From Girardia tigrina (taxonomy: Eukaryota): a DNA stretch of 55,222 nucleotides. The translations under genes were made by a program, and so were the position numbers. Positions 49,040-55,222 of the stretch are shown here, piece after piece (within the stretch, counting starts at the first letter, position 1; the number at the start of each line of letters is the position of its first letter). A model generated the notes under the pieces. It ran no database searches. It was not told the DNA's origin and worked only from the letters and a program-made list of their open reading frames with translations. Where the stretch lies: the NCBI GenBank assembly GCA_001938485.1, contig MQRK01250361.1, forward strand, positions 14,379-69,600. Direction: 5' to 3'.

Positions 49040-49980
49040 GCCGTTGCGGCCTATACAGAGAATTACATTCACGAACATGGTCCGCCTTTTCGATTGCACC
49101 AGTGATTTTGGAGTATGGTTCCAAAAATTAGAGGCTGCAGCTCCAATTTGTGACATCGACAAGATGACGACCCTTCCAATGCTCCTGGAGGGGCATGCAT
49201 TTGAATTATTCTCAGGAATGATGAATGGGAGTAAAAGAAGCTTATGCTTCTGATCCTCGAGAGGCCTAAGAGGATATCCGCTCGAGAAATATACAACTAG
49301 GAGAGTCAATTGAATAATTAGTGTCAGTTTTGGGTGACTGGCGACAATTATTTGTCCCGCAGAAAACCTTTGGAATATTTCCTTCTGCAGTTTTTCCTAT
49401 TCAGCATTCCAGCGGATGTTTTAAGGCACTTATCATCGGAAGCAGGAAAGAAAAATGCTTAGTTAGAGATACTGAAACAGATGACACGGTGGCTATTTTG
49501 TATAAACAGGCCGGGGACAAACGCGGCTGTGGTGGCCATGTCTCTCGCACCGTTAATTTAGGAAAATGACGAATCGGAAAAAGTTTTAGTAGCGACAATG
49601 CCCATCAAAACGGGTAACAACCAGGTTCGATATCTAGAATGAAACCGGGTTGACTACATTCTTCAAAAATGCAAGGCAGGTGCAACATTAATGAAAAACT
49701 CCTCCGCCGGTTTTGGACCGGGTTTTGTTTTATTTGTGGATCTGTAGATAATTTTTGATATCACAGCTCATTCCGCTTTAGGATTACTGACAATGAATAG
49801 CAAATCCTTATAACTGCACGGGTTGGGTGTCTGCAAGGTGTAACGCTCATCTATTGATAGTCGAAATTCAAATCGTGGGCCGATCGTGTGGGCATTGGTT
49901 GACACCGGGTATTCAACAACATCATCTGAGCAACCATTTATTTCATCAAAATTCACTACCTGTTTCTTTCTTAATAGAAC
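49040..49980 (+). mobile_element. LTR retrotransposon gag-protease remnant
   Basis: DFGVWFQKLE..LPMLLEGHAF gag-like segment, degenerate knuckle (GHVSR), ALVDTGYSTT aspartic protease motif. Confidence 0.7.
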
Positions 49981-51185
49981 ATGATACGTTGGATTGAGAT
50001 ATAGTCTATTGAGAGAACAAATCTGAAACATGCAAAACCAAATGAGTCGTCTGTATCAAACACAGAATTTTTTGTTAGAATTCTGTTTGGTTAATATAAC
50101 TTAAACATTAAAATACTAATATTGTAATTTATTTTCAAAAATTTGACCTAAATAAAGTAAAAAATATAATAAAGTAAAAACTCTTAACACCAAAATGTAC
50201 AATATTTTTACATTAAAACATTTAATAATAATTTTTACATAAGTACTATAAATAATTTAATAGTAAATTTGTTAAATAAAATTGAAGTTTTTTCCATTCT
50301 TTTTATTAGCTTACTTTCTATATATATATGTATACATGGAATTTAGAAACCTGTTTTTAAAGGCTTTTTACTCAATCGATTTTCTCCAATCTTTGTATAC
50401 TTACTCGATGACAATAAATGATTATGTAAAAATTCGAACGAAAAACACTTTTTAAGATTCCAAAATTGGAAAAAACGGAAAATTCTGAGTTCCCGAACAA
50501 TATTAATTGCAAGATATCTACTTATAAATTATAAGTAGTTTATATTAATTTTTAATGTTTTTTTATTAAAATTTTTGAAATTTTAAAAACTTTGTTTGCA
50601 AAGTAGAGTTCTCTCTGCATAAAGAATGGGTATAAAAAATTAAATTTTTTGATTTAATAGTTATTAATAAAATTTCGAAATGGGGATTTATCCTATGGGG
50701 AAGTCTCTAGTCACCACGAATATCTTGTCAAATCATGCAATGATTAACATGCCCTTATTTCCCCTTTTATAAATCAAATAAATACATTCATTTAGAAACT
50801 GCAAAGAAATGTCAGAACAAAGGTTACCAATTATCTAGACATGCTGTCCATTGATCAAAATAAAGGCTATCCACTTTGATATAAATTATACGAAATGAGT
50901 CTTACAAACAGGAATTCAAAGATATGAGCTGTTAATATCTCCAGATCAAGAAATAACTCGCGGATTGCTTTTTGAAATTGAACGATTTCAGTGATTAATG
51001 TTGCATTTTATAAATACCAATATCAAATGACTTATTTATTGACAATATCTAAAATTCTTTTTGACATTAAATGAACAAAACTTAATAAATGTAAAGTCTA
51101 CATTTAACTTCTTTATTGATCTAATTTCTATAAATTATCCTTTAAATCAATTTGTTTCAAATTCAGTATTATTATTTCCATCTGA

Positions 51186-51743
51186 ATGAATAAATCTGAC
51201 CAGGTCACCCTTCAGTCAGAGTTTACCAAGCACCGTCAAACGGTCACAATATTAATACCAGCTTGTTTAACAAATGAATTATTTTTTCGAAATTTAACGT
51301 CCAAAATCGATTTAGAGAATGAATTTTATTCATGGAAATTAATTCAAAAATCGAATACGTTATTCAGTCTCTATTACGATCGGGATTTGTTCAATTGGAA
51401 TGATGACTTAAACGAAATCAGAAAGAGTTGCAACACCGTTTGGATCGTGATCAAATACGATGAGATCGACATGGTGCTGAGTTATGTGGAGGAAATAAAC
51501 AATCTCAGAGGGAAAATCGATGATATTTTCATAATTTACAACGATGAAATGCGCGACGGTATCAATAGAGAAGAGATAAATCTATTCGAAAGGGACTGTA
51601 AAATCTTGAATCGTAAAGTTACTTTTCTATCAGTTTCAGAAATCACTCTCGATAACATTTTTATGAAAACTTCACAAGTGATAAATAGTAACAACGTGAA
51701 ACAGAAACAAACCATTAACAGAAACAAATGCCATTATTTATAA
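51186..51743 (+). CDS. 185-aa orphan protein, Ras-superfamily-like C-terminal half with CaaX (CHYL), no G-box motifs
   Basis: Intact single-exon ORF; size and hydrophobic pattern fit a small GTPase; basic tail followed by C-H-Y-L-stop. Confidence 0.65.
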   Translation: MNKSDQVTLQSEFTKHRQTVTILIPACLTNELFFRNLTSKIDLENEFYSWKLIQKSNTLFSLYYDRDLFNWNDDLNEIRKSCNTVWIVIKYDEIDMVLSYVEEINNLRGKIDDIFIIYNDEMRDGINREEINLFERDCKILNRKVTFLSVSEITLDNIFMKTSQVINSNNVKQKQTINRNKCHYL

Positions 51744-52039
51744 TCATCAAAGTAAAGTCAACGAGAATGATCATCAGAAATAAAACCGCTTTTGTCTTTA
51801 TTGAAAACCTCCGTATGAATGTCTTTTGTACAACTTCGTGTTAGTATAGTCAAGAAGGGCATTTTTTGTATTGATACACTACCCATTAGCAGACAGGAAA
51901 AGTATCCATAAACGTGGTTGGATGCGGAATAATACTAGAAAAATGCCATATATTTTAAATGAAAGTTGCTTTTGTTAAATTTGGAACTACAAGGGTAAAC
52001 CAAATGATCTCTGCGATTTTATTAAAAAAAATATTTAAA

Positions 52040-52960
52040 CTTAACTTTACAACAACTAAAAAACAACCAAGGTGCAAAATAAAGACCATTTTCATCAATG
52101 GCTTGAATCCATCTATCATCAAGTTGGCCGATCGTGCTGCCGTACCATGTTTTTGTTTTTAGTGATAGAAACTCCCAGCATCTAATTTAAACCTATCCCA
52201 AATTGTTGAAGTTGAAGCCACAAAAGTGTACAATCGAAAGTAAAAGGTGATACTTGGATGATAGAAGGTGTTTTCCTTGGGTTTTCCTGACGGTATGTAG
52301 TTTATGCTGTCTTGCTGTATAAGAACTCGCTTTCGATTGAATCAAAGCAGGATATTTAATACCAAGCACTCTATGTTCCCAATTAAGTTGAATGCAATAG
52401 AGGTCGGCCTTGATAGTCCGATCCTTTGAAAGTATTTTGAAGTCTTTTACGCCTTCAAAGTTACACCAAACGAACCAAATTGTCGTCTTTCAGAATCGAT
52501 CAAGTTTTGCTGCCGGAGTCCAACCAATTATTTTTTTTGTATGAATTGCTAAAGTAAATTCCCTTTTCGTCACAAGTAACAATTCTACAGATAAAACGGT
52601 CATCCCGCATATTTTTCAGCAATTTTCGGTAGGTTCCAACGCTTAATTGAGCTCTTATTTCAGCCAATTCATAAGGCATCTCTTTGCATTGCATATTGTC
52701 TTTCTAAGATTGTGGAGATACCACACAATTGATGTTTAAGAAATGTTAAGTTCAGAAAACAATCTACGAGCGATCGTTGAAATATTGGTTTTGAAGGCTT
52801 CAAAATTCATTGTCGAAGGTTGGCCTGAAAGTAACTTGTCTCTGACGCTAGTTTCATAGTGGTTGATCTTTTTAAATGAATTTAGCTTATCAAATCCTAA
52901 ACCACTTTTTCATCTTTACCTTCGCTTTTTTGTAGCTGCATCTACACTGAAGCCTTATTT
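52040..52960 (-). mobile_element. mariner remnant
   Basis: FICRIVTCDEKGIYF motif, many stops and frameshifts. Confidence 0.75.
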
Positions 52961-53324
52961 CAAATAATTTTTTGCGATGCGAAATGGTACGAACCTACAA
53001 ATAGAACCTTCGTTTCATCTACAACACCCCGCACGCAGAGAAGCATTGTGAAGAAAAGGAGATAGTCAAACTCGACTATATTCGTTATGTGTAAATAAGC
53101 CTCAAGTACGCGCAGAGTGAGGAGAATGGAAAGGAAGGTCCCTCGAAAGTACTGTAACATTGTTCCGTTGACAGACACCCCAGAAAACCCTGTAGAAACC
53201 CTATGAAAGAATAAAAGTAAAAAAATTAATTAATTAATTAAAGTGCCAATGATGATTCGGCATGAATCATGAACTCTGCTGGTTATCGAAATCACAGACA
53301 TCTCCGAGGTAGGTGGATGTTTAC

Positions 53325-53513
53325 CTGATTAACTGCAATCACCAGTTGTGATAACAGACCAAACGAGGTAACAACAGGCGGTCTAGCGTAGTTAATAACC
53401 ATTGAACATCGAGACAAACATCTGTTCGCGCGCACATCCTGTATCCGCGAACCAGGATAAACACTCGTGACAATCATCAGCAGCAAACACAAACACACAC
53501 ATTTTACGCACAT
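53325..53513 (-). CDS. Candidate first exon of a secreted Cys-rich protein (anosmin-1-like N-terminus)
   Basis: ATG 53513, hydrophobic signal-like stretch, DVRANRCLSRC, CAG|GTAAAC donor. Confidence 0.4.
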
Positions 53514-53899
53514 TTTTTGACACGCCAATTTTACAAAACTATTTGCTGAAAGTAAAACACACTATTTTCCCATTTTGAAAACGATTTACGCCCGTTTTAC
53601 TTCTCAACTATCGACAAGGTATATGTGAATTATTATTTTAATTTTCTTCTTCGTTTAGTTATTTTGATTATTACATTAATGTTACGTGTTTCTTAATAGT
53701 TATCTTATATAATTCATGTTAAAATTTTTATAATCAATATATCTTCCTTCGTACGGTTTTCATGTTCAATGATTACTTAACAATTTTATTAATGCTCGTA
53801 GTGTAATTTTTCTATAATACAGATACCGCCTTTTCTATAATAAAGATCTGTCCAGAACGTCTTGACCGATTTATAGACAAGTGAAAGATAATCATTTAT

Positions 53900-54960
53900 T
53901 GTTATTTTCATCATCATCTCTAATGTGTTCAAAGTATTGTCCATTGTGAGAAACGCACTTCTCCTACCGTTCTGGGAGTTTTATAATTCCTTTGATGAAG
54001 AAACTGCGAGGTTTCTATTCAATCCAACGCTCAAACACCTCTTGAACTTCTTCTGTGGAGTTGTAATTTCGTCCTTGGAGGTCGGTTTTCATTGGAGAGA
54101 ATAAATAATAATCAAAGGGAGCGAGGTCAGATGAATGCGGTGGATGGGACAATACATTGAACTCGATTTCCTGCAGCTTATTTACTGTTTTGTTGGCTGT
54201 GTGGGGTCTGGCGTTATCGTGAAGGTAAGTAATTGGTTGAGCTTCTCCTCACATAAACCACCTCAGCTTTTGTTGTATTGCAGCAACAAGCTGTTGACAG
54301 TAGGTATCCGCAGTAATTGTCTGTCCACGAGGGAGAACTTCCTTTAGTAATACACCTTTGCAGTCCAAAAAACTGAAATCATGTGCTTTCTGGATGTAAG
54401 CACACGACGAACTTCAAGTGGATGATTGTCTCCTTCTCCTCACCAAGAACGATGATGTTGTGAGACTCCATTGTCCAAATATTTCCAGGATTCATTCATG
54501 GTTATCAGTTGTCCAAGAATATCAAAAGCCGATTTGCTTTGCTAACAGCTCGTTGCATATTCTTGCTCTATTAGCCATTTGTTCAGGGGACAGTAGATGT
54601 GGGATCCATCGATTACACATATACCTTTCCCCCATCTGAATGAGATGATTTCGAGCTGTCTCCGGGGAAATCGACAACTCAAGTGCTATGGAGCGACATG
54701 TGCTGTAATTGTCCAAATCCAGCTGTTGCAATATAGCGTCATCAATATTCATTGAAGGCCTTCCAGAGAGCTGTATATCTTTCCCATTAAAATCGCCGTT
54801 GTTAAACAGTGTTACCTATCGACGGCAAGTGTTCTCACTAACAGCTCCACTTCCAAAGGTGCATTCATCTCTTTACATATTACGGGGGATTCAAATTACG
54901 TTTCCAGCAGTAATATATCATCATTCGAATATCACGTTGACTCAAATTCATTTTAATGCA
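53900..54960 (-). mobile_element. mariner remnant
   Basis: RWIPHLLS, HDNA, HSSDLAPFDYYLF motifs. Confidence 0.8.
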
Positions 54961-55222
54961 ATGAAAATACAACTTTCAAACAATATTGAAAAATATTATT
55001 TATTTTCGAAACAATTTGTTAACTGATATTTTGAAATTAGTTTCCTACATTAGGAAAAATTGATTATTTTTGAATTATATTTTACTAAATCATTCATATA
55101 TGTATATGTTATTAGGTTGTTCGATATGAAACGGGTCAAAATTAAAGTAAAATGTAAATCGATTTTTTTTAAATAATAACATTTTATTTTTAATCAAAAT
55201 ATCCCCCCATGTTGTCAACACA

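Overview
AT-rich eukaryotic (animal) genomic DNA. The very short GT-AG introns, the composition and the TE repertoire suggest a flatworm such as a planarian, but that is inference only. The main gene is a complete, divergent Mediator subunit MED23 on the minus strand. I reconstructed it by hand as 15 phase-consistent GT-AG exons from ATG 39857 to TGA 3332 (4353 nt, 1450 aa). Its large introns and the flanks are packed with decayed and often nested transposons: Gypsy LTR elements and solo LTRs, mariner, pogo/Tigger, MULE, Merlin, piggyBac MITEs, a Helitron, Helentron-type (HINE) elements and an RTE tail. Beyond the MED23 5' end lie two intact single-exon orphan ORFs: a disordered protein with SILK and RVxF PP1-docking motifs, and a Ras-like protein that lacks the G-motifs but ends in CaaX. 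There is also an 18S rRNA pseudogene fragment and a possible anosmin-like first exon. The most unusual items are (i) a 763-bp triple C2H2-finger insert with a hairpin-rich 3' end and a 10-bp TSD inside a HINE, whose sister copy has the same arms but a different core, (ii) a TIR element whose non-transposase cargo ORF reappears when two nested insertions are removed, and (iii) the candidate pseudo-GTPase. All family assignments come from motif recognition by eye; no database search was run.
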